A stretch of 63,897 nt of DNA, counting the filler, from Reticulomyxa filosa (lineage: Eukaryota; Protista; Foraminifera), in the NCBI GenBank assembly GCA_000512085.1. It is 23 parts of 23 records of this genome, joined end to end, with 100 filler letters (N's around TTAATTAATTAA, not from the genome) between each part and the next. Parts side by side here need not be neighbours in the genome. Positions count along the whole stretch, not along the records: positions 12,858 to 14,199 come from ASPP01035535.1; positions 14,300 to 17,213 come from ASPP01000485.1; positions 17,314 to 20,612 come from ASPP01029273.1; positions 20,713 to 21,842 come from ASPP01048629.1; positions 21,943 to 25,149 come from ASPP01018845.1; 18 more parts are not named here. One strand, 5' to 3'. Positions 12,758-25,249 of this stretch are shown piece by piece. The position numbers and the translations under genes were made by a program. The notes under the pieces were generated by a model. It did no database searches. It was not told where the DNA came from and saw only the letters and a list, made by a program, of their open reading frames with translations. The number at the start of each line of letters is the position of its first letter. The stretch's first letter is position 1.

Positions 12758-15700
12758 NNNNNNNNNNNNNNNNNNNNNNNNNNNNNNNNNNNNNNNNNNN
12801 NTTAATTAATTAANNNNNNNNNNNNNNNNNNNNNNNNNNNNNNNNNNNNNNNNNNNNAACAAATATTCCACATTTTCGATAGCTGTACGCTTACGAGTTG
12901 AATATGACATCCAAGATCAAATCACAAGTGACTAAATATCGTATCAAAAGAAGAAGATGACCAGTCTGTTAAATTAAATGGAACAAATAGTTACATCTAT
13001 CTTTCTTTAATAATATACAATTGATGTGTTATTCTTGTATATGTACATAAATAGATCTGAAAGAACAAAAAATATTGTCTGGAAGAAATCGTTGGAACTA
13101 ATAAATAACTTGCCCAAAGTCAAGTTGGTATATTATACGTGGTCATGTTTTGGTTGTATTTGCACTGTCTATGATCAATATGAGCATCCTCAATAAATAG
13201 TGATACTAGCAGACAAATAAATTGGAATCAGGTTCAGTAATATTGGAATCGGCTCTACAAATGGTCAATTGAAATGGGAAAAATATACAATTGAATTGTC
13301 AAATATTAAAATGTATCCAGTGTCACTTAGTCACCACCGAGGATGACAAAAAAGATATTGATCCAATCTATTGATAAAATGCAGTACATTATGTTGTTAT
13401 CAAATTTGCGGATTGGCTTGTGAACTTACCACAAAGCAATCGACTTTTGAATTTTGATTGCGATATACAAAAGAGATCAAAATTTACATTACACCAACAC
13501 AAGAAAGATAGATTACCAAAGTTGTGATGAATCTTAATATGAGTGGTAAAGAATAGAGTGAGTGTTCGAGCGAATGCGTATTCCATGAACAACTTCTCTT
13601 ATAACGTATAATCCTGTTATCATTTGAACTCCCAAGAACACAAAATGGCAAAGATCAATCATCAAAATTCTATTTCAAGGTATACATTTTATTTTTATCA
13701 TGTTTTTAGTTTTTGTAATATGTAACAATGTGGACATAGATATTTTCATTGTACAGTGGTTTGCTTCAGATTTGTATTGAAAAAAAAGAAATATGAAGAG
13801 GAAGAAGAAAAATACATTAAGGGAAAGGAAAAAAAATGACAATCATGATATTATAAACATATGGATTAATGTAAGAAATATCACAAGTGCTAATGAATCA
13901 CGCAAGATGAACTTACCTGATGAAGCAAGTGGACCAGTGCAAATAAATAGAATTGGTGCAATTAATCCACAAAAGGTGTTGGCATATGTCACCAAAATTA
14001 TGAGTTGTTATGGGTGCTGTTAATGGAAATGAAGCAAAGTGACAATGGACATTGTGTGATTAAAATTACACAACAACATCCAGATTAGCACACAATTTTT
14101 ACTCAAGCCCTCATATGCATAATTGATCAACTATCCATCGTCATCATTCACATGTATTAGCAATTGTGTGTATGTGGCTCCCGATATCGACACACCAAAN
14201 NNNNNNNNNNNNNNNNNNNNNNNNNNNNNNNNNNNNNNNNNNNTTAATTAATTAANNNNNNNNNNNNNNNNNNNNNNNNNNNNNNNNNNNNNNNNNNNNG
14301 TGTCAAACATGAAGACAGTATACACCTATGTTAAATAATATTGGAATATTTTATTGTCATTAAAAAAAGGAAAAACAAATGGACTAACATAATTGACAAC
14401 GAGTTTGTCAAAATCTTTGATCCATCCTAATTGAATATTTAATGTTCGAATCCAATGATGAATAATGATTTGGATCTCTTCTTCTTTTGACTGTTTTGGT
14501 CATAAGGCAAAATGAGAAAAACAATAAGAAGAAAAACCTAAAAAAATAACTTAAACGAACTTTCATTAATAAACTAAAGTAATTTCTTTCCATTTTTTTT
14601 TCCTTGAGATGATCTTTGATTGCAAAGATGATGAAAAGAAGTTTTTCAACTTTTTTTTAAGATTACGAAGGGTCAATAAAAAATTGAAATAAATTTTTTT
14701 ATTTAATAAATATAAACTTTGTAATGAGAAAATATTTACAGCAAAACTTTGTGTCTTATTGAACTTATAATGACATCCATTATTTACACATACATACAAA
14801 TGTTATTTTTTTTCCTATTGGAAAGAAACCTTCTTTTTGTCATTGCAAACAATTAACAAATCTCTAAAACTGTACATTAAGCTTTTTTGATCGACTTTTT
14901 CTTCGTTAGCCACGTGTCCCTGTCGTTACGCCAAATAGCGAGCAGCCATCAATTTCATTTTCACAAATGGTAACAATTGTTGCATTATCTTATGTTTCGT
15001 ATGTTGTGATTTAATTTCAAACACCTCTTTGAAATTGCTCACAGCCATATCACTTTCAGATTCTGAGGTAATTTTATATCTACATGTTTAGTAAAATTTA
15101 CAGGACAACATTTTTTCAAAATCTTTTTTCTAAAAAATGTTTCAAAGTGCATTTCATTTTTTTCTACAATTTTTTGTCAATTACAAACATTTTAATTATT
15201 TTTTATAATATTAGTATTGATTTTTTGAATTTTTATTTTTTCTTTGCAAATTTGGTTCTTTTTGTGTTTTTAAAAATTTTTTAGTAGTTATGTTATTGTT
15301 CAAATGAAGGTTTAATTCATATTTGGGGATGATCACACTAATAAATTGATTTTACTACAATTTTTGTGAATAAATGTTTATTTTAAGAATTTTTGTACCA
15401 AATAAAAAAACTAGCAATTAATTGATATATTTTATTTCATCAAATACCTTTGTAAAGTGAATGACAAATCTGACAATGAATTAAATTTTGTATAGTGAGC
15501 AAATATGCAATGAAAACATTTATGTTCATTTATAGAGCACACAATTTATAAATTATTGAAGATTAATCATTTTTATCAAAATTAAATTTGTAAAAAGAAT
15601 ATATCATCAAAATATTTCAAGAGCAGATAAATCAATATAACGTTAATGATTACATACTGGAGCTCAAGTTATTGCTAGCTTACCAATTGACATCAACACT

Positions 15701-16769
15701 GTCGAGCTTATGCATCTTCAAATATATGTACCAAATGTACTGGATGATTAACCAAATGTTGCTGTTAGCAAAAGGCTGATAATTTTCGAAATAAGATTCG
15801 TGTTGAAAAGTTTTTCTTTTTGTGCAAAAAAAAAAAAAAGAATGTTTTTGCTTAAACAGGTATAAATCCAAAAAAAAAAAGAAATTTTTGTTGTGTTTTT
15901 GTGATTTGGTTGCACTCGATCCACAACGCGTTGACGCATTCACTCCACATTGTCGATCACTGAGTTTACAACTTGGAGATACCGGTCGATCAATCAACCG
16001 GTTGTCTCTACGTTTTTGAATGATACAAAAGTCAATCTGCAAACTAGTGTACTCCTCCCCTTCTACAAAAAGCAACTGACAATGCGTAAACTGGTCTGTC
16101 GGAAACGTCACATGTGAGTGTCATTGTCGTTATCGTCCAACTTTCAGCGCATAGCCATGACTGTCCTCCATTCAGCGTAATGCTTGTAATTCGGGCTGCT
16201 GCTCATCCAAAACTCCCATTAACGCGGTTGCGACTTGGTCATCCATTTGGACATGTTGCATGCATGGACTTACAGTGGTCGTGGAGTCTTGGATAAGTCC
16301 CCTCCCGGTGTTGTGCGCTTTTGTTCCAGCTGTTCGACATTGATTTCCATTTACTTGTTTTTTTTGGACCGCACACTTTTGGACAGTTCGACGGATTCTC
16401 TTTTGTTTTCGCAATTTGTCTTTCCAAGTCGTCAATAGTTTCATTATTGTCATCAATCACTTTTTCCTTCATCATCATCATCATTGTTATTTACTATCCA
16501 TGTCAAAAAAAAACATGAAAGGGGAAAACACGTACACTGATGGGAAAAAATTAATTTTTGTTTCTAAAAAATGTGTGGTATACGTGCGTACTCAGTATTG
16601 GACAAATTTTTTAAAAATTTCTTATCTTCATTAAAAAAAAAATTACATGTATTATCAAAATCATGTATCATGCCAAAAAAAATTTTGAAAACAGCTTTCA
16701 TTACCCTGAGAAAAAAAGTTCAATATCTTACATTTTACATCATCAAAAGATCTTAAGTAAAAAAATAAA

Positions 16770-17213
16770 ATGACAACGCTTAGCAATGATGAGCAAACTT
16801 CAACAAAAATAGTGGTGGTAAGCTTTATTACGAGCTTTCAGAAAGTTTGTTGCTTTTTTATTGTTTTATTTATTATATTTAATTTGTGATTCAAACAGTC
16901 TGAAGAAGTAAAGATTCAAGCAATTGTACGACATTGGATTCGGATATTACAAGTCAAATTTGGATGGATTAATGAGCTTGACAAACTTGTTGTCAATTAT
17001 GTTAGTTCATATATTCTTTCTCTTTTTAAATGCTAACCAAAATATTCAAATGCTTATTTAACATAGGTGTCTACTGTCTTAATGTTTGAGACATTTCGCT
17101 CATCCAAATTAATCAATACGCTCACTGGGCATACCAATATTGTGTGGAGTATTGATTATTCAACATTTGGTAATTATCAGTTCATTTGTTCTGGATCAGG
17201 TGATGAAACAGTT
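16770..17213 (+). CDS. WD40-repeat protein, 5' part (exons 16770-16817, 16899-17000, 17067-17213)
   Basis: Clean GT-AG phase-0 exons: MTTLSNDEQTSTKIVV / SEEVKIQAIVRHWIRILQVKFGWINELDKLVVNY / ...GHTNIVWSIDYS...ICSGSGDETV (WD40). Confidence 0.85.
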
Positions 17214-17313
17214 NNNNNNNNNNNNNNNNNNNNNNNNNNNNNNNNNNNNNNNNNNNNTTAATTAATTAANNNNNNNNNNNNNNNNNNNNNNNNNNNNNNN
17301 NNNNNNNNNNNNN

Positions 17314-17793
17314 GCTTCCACCAATCACTGCACGCACTCCTTCATAATCATCTTGTTTTCTTCCAATTTGAATTGGATAATTATGACTATCCATCAAAGG
17401 GGTCCATTCATTATACTTTTTTAATTTATTCCTTTTGATATCACTCCAAACACTTACATATTTCATCACCAATGCATGCTTATGTTTTCCACCAAAAGAT
17501 AACAGAGTGACTCCATTTTTGTCTTTGTTGTCTCTGTGATCTGCCAGTTTCAATACGCAGTGTCCAAGTAATTTGACTTCATTTGGATACTCACAGACGA
17601 ACTTGTATTCGTTTTTGAGTGTATGATAAGAATAACAAGCCCTCTGTTTATAACCTCCACAAATGAGGATTTCGCATTTGTACCGTATACATTGAGGTAA
17701 AGCAAGTGAAGAGGACACATCCTTCACATCCTGAAAGGGAGTTGAGGCAATAATGTCTTGCTTTTGCTTTCTTATTATGTTCTGGTTGCTCAT
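17314..17793 (-). CDS. Kelch-like family protein, 5' part
   Basis: QCIRYKCEILICGGY..CYSYHTLKNEYKFVCEYP..GHCV..LLSFGG; aligns with the ORFs at 6113 and 63876. Confidence 0.82.
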
Positions 17794-19003
17794 GCGTTAA
17801 TGTTGAGGCACCATTAAGTTGAATTTTAAAAACTACAAAACTCTGTTTTCCCTTTTTTTCTTTCAACAAAAAAAACTTAGTTTTTAGAAAACAAAAAATA
17901 TAATGAAGAGAGTTAATGTTATTTTTTGCGTCTCTGAGTTTTCAAATATTTGGAATTGCTTGACAAAAAAAAAATTTGTGTCTTTTTTGACAGCTTAAAA
18001 TTTTCAATTTAAAATGTATTTTATTATTTTTGATTAAAGACTTGACTAAATAATAGATTGTGTCAAACTATTTATCATGCCTTTAATATGTCAAGATTCA
18101 ATGTTCAGTTTTCGACTCCTAAAATCACTTAATAAGATTTTTGCTTTTTTTTATTTGTTAAAAAATTGAAAAAGAAAAAAATCAATGTATTCCAAAAGGT
18201 TTTAACAAAACTCTAAAAACAGTTGTTCAACTTTTTTGCTAAAACAAACGTAGTTATGTTTCTCAGCAGACTAAAAAAACTTTTCCCTTTTTTGAACTTT
18301 GTGGATTATTTGCATTTCAATCCTAATCTCTTGCTACTTACATATAAGAAACCTGTTATCTCGTGCATCTCCAGCATATTTTCTATCACAATAATCGGCT
18401 TTGTTCTGTAATTTTCTTTCGTTTTTGTGACAACATGACATAACGTGACTTCTCACCCTTGTTTGTAAAACACAATAAAATAAATTTTGCTTTGTACCTT
18501 ATTCACAATAGTTACCTAAAGAAATCCAATTTCGTGTTTGCGAGGTTTTGGCAGAAAAAGTTTCGTTATTATTATTTTTTTTTTTGTTTCTATCATCCCC
18601 CTTTTTTCCTTTCTTCAAAACAAAAAAAAAAAACTACGTACTATTTTTAGGAAAACTACGCAATGTCATATAGCAAAGAAAACAAGACGAAATACTTGGA
18701 GGTTAATTTTATTTTTAGTTTATGTTTTTATGTGTTTTTTTTTTTATAAAGGAAAAGTAGATAACCTTATTTTCATATTTTTTTATCATACAAAAAAAAA
18801 AAAAGACAATACCCAGTGATGTCAATCCTTTTGCTATGCTGTCCGTGGTAATAAAATCGATGAGATATCATGGAGATGCATCACTTGGAATATTTCCTGT
18901 TTCTTCTCAAAATATAAGTTATAATGACAAAACAATATGGTATATATATATAATTGATAAAACAAAGAAAACAAAGAAATAGTGTCAAATTGTATTTCAA
19001 TAG

Positions 19004-20612
19004 GAAATGCGAAATGTAATGGAGGCATGCAAGACAATAACAACAATAACAACAATAATAACAACAATAACAACAATAATAACAATAACAATAATTACAA
19101 TGACACAAACGAAAAAAGATCGAAAATATATTAAGGAAATAAAAATATTGGTCCGATTATTCGGAGACTCGATCATTGAAGAAGAGTTGCAAAAGAAAAT
19201 AGCACATTATAACGGGAATATTGAATTAGTGATTAAGGACATTGTGCAAGAATGTGTTGAAAAAGAGGTATTGAAACAACAAAAACAAAATAGGGTCTTC
19301 TGTTCTAATCTGTATTAATTTTACAAAAAAAAAAAAAAAAAGAATAAATTAGAAGCAGATCACAAAAGCAATAATGAATTAGAGAATGTAGAACAGGTAA
19401 TAATAAATTTATTTTATTTATCTATTTTATCTATTTTTTTTTTGGCTTGTTTTCCTGAATAAATGAATAGAAGCAAGAACAAGGAAATACAGTGAATGAA
19501 GATAATAAAAGAGTACAAAAGGAAATGGAAAAAACGGAAATTGGAGAAACAAAACCAGGAATTAATTTGCAAGGATATTGTAGCAATGAAACCTGTTTGG
19601 CATCAAAAGCGAAATTACCAGTATGGGTAAATATTGGATTTGACAGTATTGCAATCATTTCAGATAAGACATCATTTAATTGTCCTGATTGCAAAAAATC
19701 AACAGTCATATACATTGCCAAGGCAATGTTCTATAATTCTGAACATTCGATTTATGCAAGTAATGATTCAATGCCTTTGACGGATAATAATTATCAATGC
19801 TCGTATTCAATCAAAACTGGATTGTCTTATGAATTGAAAGCAAACAAAATAAGACAGCATGCAAAGAGTATTGAAGATTTGAGAGAACGTAGTGAAAATG
19901 CAATGAACAGCATTGAAATTAAGAATTTAGTAACAGAATTGCAGAAATTCGAAATTATGGTTGTAAAACCACCAAGTTTGAAAGGAAATGAAAGATTATT
20001 GGAAAAGATTCAAGCAGATTATGGTGGTGATTTTAATCAAGCATTTGATATTGGAAGATTTACTATTTTATGTGATAATCCGACCAAATTACAAACTGCA
20101 GTTGCAGTGATGAAGAAGGCTGAGAAATTCAATTTGATTGTATCCGAAGATAAGAATTTTTTTGGTAAACAATCAAAGACACATCATCGATTCCATAATA
20201 TTAAATTGTATGTTCCAAAACATGATGTATATATTGAAATGCAAGCAACATTGAAGAATTTTACAACATTGGAAGGATATACTGTCATTGAAAATCCAAA
20301 ATTAAGTCATTTATTTTATGAGCATATTCGGGCATGGAAACCTAGTAATCAATTAGAAGAGGAATTGAAACAAGCAAGCGATGAAGCATTGACTAAAATT
20401 AATGATATAATTTGTGAATGGATTGATGTAAAAGAAATCAAAAAAATTTCAAATCGTTACAAACCACATTCAGAAATTCGAATATTGAAACCTCCACAAC
20501 TAAAAGGAATAAATGATGAAGAAATCAATGTCAAAAATAATATCTCATTAAAATTGGCTAAGTTTGCATATGATCAACTTTGTAAATTCAATCCAAAAGA
20601 AATGAAAGGACA
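19004..20612 (+). CDS. Ubl-junction / CUE-like / C4 Zn-domain / RelA-SpoT-type nucleotidyltransferase protein, copy 1 (exons 19004-19267, 19343-19396, 19471-20612; 3'-truncated; one homopolymer frameshift near 19115)
   Basis: CNGG-MQ at 19015-19032; KEIKILVRLFGD..EEELQKKI..YNGNIELVI; PGINLQGYCSNETC...FNCPDC; then K..ER..EK..DY.GD, FDIGRFTI, HRFHNIKL, IEMQ, SHLFYE in RelA/SpoT motif order. Probable degenerate upstream exons at 18650-18940. Confidence 0.8.
19034..19100 (+). repeat. (AAC/AAT)n trinucleotide microsatellite (poly-Asn linker in the GGMQ frame)
   Basis: acaataacaacaataacaacaataata... directly visible. Confidence 0.85.
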
Positions 20613-20712
20613 NNNNNNNNNNNNNNNNNNNNNNNNNNNNNNNNNNNNNNNNNNNNTTAATTAATTAANNNNNNNNNNNNNNNNNNNNNNNNNNNNNNNN
20701 NNNNNNNNNNNN

Positions 20713-21842
20713 TGGCATCAAAAGCCAAATTACCAGTATGGGTGAATATTGGATTTAATAACATTACTTTTGCATCGGATAAGACATCATTTAATTGTCC
20801 TGATTGTAAACAATTAACAATTACATCAATTATCAAAGCAATGTTCTACAATTCTGAACATTCAATTTGTGCAAGTGGTGATTCAAAACCTGTGATGGAT
20901 AACAATTATCAATGTTCATATTCAGTCAAATCTGGATTGTCTTATGAATTAAAAGCAAACGAAATAAGACAGCATGCAAAGAGTATTGAAGATTTGAGAG
21001 AACGAAGTGAATATGCAATGAATAGTATTGAAATTAGGAATTTGGTAACAGAACTACAGAAATATGAGATCACAGTTGTGAAACCACCCAGTTTGAAAGG
21101 AAATGAAAGGTTATTGGAAAAGATTCAAGCAGATTATGGTGGTGATTTTAATCAAGCATTTGATATTGGAAGATTTACTATTTTATGTGAAAATTCTACT
21201 AAATTACAAACTGCAGTTGCAGTGATGAAAAAGGCGGAACAATTTAATTTGATTGTATCTGAAGATAAGAATTTCTTTGATAGACAGTCAAAGACACATC
21301 ATCGATTCCATAATATTAAATTGTATGTTCCAAAACATGATGTATATATTGAAATGCAAGCAACATTGAAGAATTTTACAACATTGGAAGGATACACTGT
21401 GATCGAAAATCCAAAATTAAGTCATTTATTTTATGAACATATTCGAGCATGGAAACCTAATAATCAATTAGAAGAGGAGTTGAGACAATCAAGTGATGAA
21501 ACATTGACAAAGATCAATGATATAATTTGTGAATGGATTGATGTAAAAGAAATTAAGAAAATTTCAAATCGCTACAAACCACATTCAGAAATTCTAATAT
21601 TGAAACCTCCACAATTGAAGGGAATAAATGAAGAAGAAATCAATTCCAAAAATGATATCACATTAAAATTAACAAAATTTGTTTATGATCAACTTTGTAA
21701 ATTCAATCCAATGAAAATGAAAGGACAGGCTATGTATGTTATTTTATTTGAATATTTCAAGAAACATATTATGGGTGAAATGAATCCAGCAAGTTGTTCT
21801 GATGTTATATCATTATTAAAAGAATCAAGAAAACAAGAATTG
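20713..21842 (+). CDS. C4 Zn-domain / RelA-SpoT-type nucleotidyltransferase protein, copy 2 (both ends truncated)
   Basis: Uninterrupted ORF across the whole contig with long stretches identical to copy 1 (KPPSLKGNERLLEKIQADYGGDFNQAFDIGRFTILC; KTHHRFHNIKLYVPKHDVYIEMQATLKNFTTLEGYTVIENPKLSHLFYEHIRAWKP) plus scattered substitutions. Confidence 0.85.
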
Positions 21843-22703
21843 NNNNNNNNNNNNNNNNNNNNNNNNNNNNNNNNNNNNNNNNNNNNTTAATTAATTAANN
21901 NNNNNNNNNNNNNNNNNNNNNNNNNNNNNNNNNNNNNNNNNNGCGAATATGGGAATACCAAGCAACAATATTTTTAAAAAAAATGTAAATTCTGAATAGA
22001 TGATTTGAAACTATTCATTGAAAGATTTTACTATATTACAAGGAAAAGGAATAAATTTTGTTAATAATTAGTTGTTTAAATTGTTTTTTATTGTTATTTT
22101 TTATTGAGTGTTTTTACTTAAAAAGCTTCTTTTTTCACAAGATTGCTTTGTTAAAAAAGTCAAAAAACATCATAGTTCTGATTTTAACTTTAAAACTTTT
22201 AATAAGTATTTATCATTTCAAGAGCGATTACATCAGCCGTTTTTTATAAAACAAAAATCACTAAAAAAATAATTAAAATACAAGAGTAATTTTGCACAAC
22301 AGTTTTTTTGTTGTTGGAACTTCTTTTAATGAAAAGTACGTTTCAAAAAGTTTTTGATTTCAAAAGTTTGTTCATTTTTTATTTTGTAGTAACATGTTTT
22401 ATGAGGTGCTTAGAAAATATATTGATTGCTAAATTTCTCCAAACAACATATTAAAAAAGATCGTTTTTGTGTTGTTTTTGTAAATGTTTGGTTCGGCTTC
22501 ATCAACTGACAGTAATAAAACAATTGGAAAATATCCAATTGTTCCACGACCTTATTGTGACTAAAACGGTTTTTAACAAGTAAACGCAAAAGTCAAAAAA
22601 GAGAAAATTTAAAGTCTCGTTTTAAACTGAAAGAAAAGTTCATGAAAAGACACGGTGACTTCTTTGATACTGTAATTATGGGAAGTACATTAAACTTATA
22701 GGC

Positions 22704-23844
22704 TTAAAATTTGGGAACAGGTTGAACAGGCCATGTTACCTCTGATTCAAACTCATAGTTCAGTGGTCTGTAAAACAATTCAAGGAATTCCTCGAATGTA
22801 AATAACAAATTACTTTGTGCGAAAGTTTGAATATTATTGGAAGTAGGAAAACGAGAAATAATTTCTCTCTGATTAGATTGAAATAATTTAATTGCAGATT
22901 CTCTGTCTGGTTTAATACTTAATTGTCGTCCGATCTGTTTGCAGAAAAAATATAACAATACAAAAAGAATAATTGCTTAAACAACAAAAAAAAGAGATAA
23001 CCAATACTGAATTACTTGAATGACATTTTTAATGCAATCAAATATTGTGTTGAACATGCGTTCACTGTTTTCAATAGAGTCAACAATAGGTTGATCTATT
23101 AGTGAACTGAATTTACCACTTTGTGGACGATCTTCTTCTAGAGAACATAGTGGACAGTTTTTAAAAGACCAGTTTTTGTGGAAAGGCAACGCAAGGGCAG
23201 AAAAAAATGTATAATTTTAAAAAATTGGTACCATTTTCACTTAAATCCCTCATCTGCCAAACCGGGAATTCTCTGGATATGTCATAGGAAACACAACAAA
23301 CTTTATACTTGCAAATATATGCTTGTAAATTTGTGTTGACGTCAGTTTTACGTGCGTCAAACAAAGATTTTTTGCCGAATTGTGCATGAGATTGCGGACG
23401 AGATGATAAAATTGCATTGTTAATAGTTTCAGAGCGTGTTATTACATAATCGCTATTGTTTAACTCATCTAAAATTGTTTTGCTGTTTAAATCATTTTCT
23501 GAAATTGTTAATCTGCTTTCTTCTAACAAATAAGCAAAAAATTCCTCCAAAAATTCAAAAGATTCTATCTCTAGGCAATGAAACAACACCGTTTCGTTGA
23601 TGAATATTAATGCCCCTGTTAAATGTTGATGGGCGCTTTGTTTGTTGATAAATTGTTCGTGTATCATTTTGATTTTGTTTTTATAATTTTTGTTTAGCAA
23701 TTGCCCTAGATAAAACAGTCGAACACATCGATTTGCAACTACTCGGTCATAGACTTGATTCAAATTATCCAGCAACGACCGACTTGCCACAATGTTTTTC
23801 TTTTCCGTTTTGATTTTAACTTTTTCCTCATTTTTTGTTGACAT
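22704..23844 (-). CDS. TEX47: TEX47 (C7orf62)-like BLUF-fold protein, three exons
   Basis: RLFYLGQL, HLTGALIF..HCLE, SYDISREFPVW and C-terminal EEFLELFYRP..FESEVTWP resemble TEX47 family motifs; recognised by eye. Confidence 0.62.
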
Positions 23845-24069
23845 TTCCGGAAATAAAATTACTTTTAAAAAATTTTAATAATTTTTTTGTGCGTTTAAAA
23901 CGTCATAAACAAATTCTTTGTAGTAAAAACTTAAGATTGACTTTGATTAAGTTCTTAGTATATTTAATGCTTTCGTTTCAACACTATACTTGGTTCAATA
24001 AAACGAACTTTAAAGGGATAAAAGACTTAAGTGAATAATAAAAAAAATAATCATTATAAAAACAAGTTG

Positions 24070-25058
24070 ATGACAATGTCTCATCTCAAGATATTGGTGA
24101 GCTTCACATTTTTTTTCTTAGTTTCATGTTGGGGTAAATTGTATGAGGAAACTCCTCCAGATGAGGATATGAAACAATACGACCAAGGCAAGCACCGAGT
24201 GTGTTTATATCACGAGTGGGAAAGGCCAGTGGAATCAATTGAGACAGTGGAAGCCTTGAATTCCTTGGTGCCAAACGACGAGGCAGATTCAATGGGTGCA
24301 GAAAACAACATACTGTTGGCATTGTATGAAGACCAATGTGAGCAGGACGCACACAATGCAATATTTATTGGATCACATTACCAAACGGGGCCAGGCGTAT
24401 TGCATTTGGCGGCAATGAACAAGAAAGTGTTTCCACAAATTGAAGCCGACTGGGAATTGCCATCCAACTGTTCGCATTTCGTTTTTATCCCAAAAGGCAG
24501 TTTTTATGGCGACCACGCCACTTTTCAGCGCCTTTCCGATGCCAGTTAAAACAGTTTCTCACACTCGTATTACACTTTACATAACTCTCACCCAATCAAG
24601 AAACGCAACATTATCTCTACACAATACGTATCACTTTTTCTTTTTTTTTTTTTGACAAAACAACTTGTTTGCATACACTTAAGGTGGTCCCTCTTTCGTC
24701 GTATTTGTCAACGAAGTCCGACACGTCACCGTTAACTTCCGAAATGATTACGGGAAACCGGTCAAGCTCTTTTGGTATGTTTTTACATCGCCATTGCATT
24801 TTTTTTTATTAGTATTGTTAACCAAAGGTTCAAAAAAGGGGGAAGGGAGAGCAACTGTCTTAAACACTTTTTTTTTTTAATAAAAAAATAAGGTATGAAA
24901 ACGATGCAATGGTGCCACTGTCAGAGCTAGATCCAGATAACACATATGATTCGATGACCTTTTTGGGACACGCGTTTGTGGCTCTTGACGCCAAGGATGA
25001 CCATTTGATCGATTATTATCTAGTTGATGGTGGAGGACCTATTAGCATTACTGGTTAG
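24070..25058 (+). CDS. Secreted protein with a C-terminal VHL-beta-like domain, three exons
   Basis: Signal-peptide-like N-terminus (KILVSFTFFFLVSCWG). Later exons give VTVNFRNDYGKPVKLFW / YENDAMVPLSELDPDNTYDSMTFLGHAFVA, matching the VHL-beta pattern V.F.N....V.L.W ... T[YF]..H.[WF]. Confidence 0.55.
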
Positions 25059-25249
25059 TTTCGAGTTATTTTTTTTTTTTTTGCACACAAAATGAACTTT
25101 TTTGTAAAAAAAAAAAAAACTTACTTTAAAAAAATAAATTTTTTTAAAGNNNNNNNNNNNNNNNNNNNNNNNNNNNNNNNNNNNNNNNNNNNNTTAATTA
25201 ATTAANNNNNNNNNNNNNNNNNNNNNNNNNNNNNNNNNNNNNNNNNNNN

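Noticed and set aside
12858-14199. Possible decayed gene
   Set aside because: Stops in all frames and no motif I can assign.
19471-20612. Bacterial contamination as the source of the RelA/SpoT-like ORFs
   Set aside because: GT-AG introns in copies 1 and 3, host-like AT content, and copy 1 shares its contig with a host Kelch-family gene.
20613-20712. Apparent tandem duplication or operon of two RelA/SpoT-like genes
   Set aside because: They are separated by the artificial linker, so adjacency is not evidence of genomic linkage.
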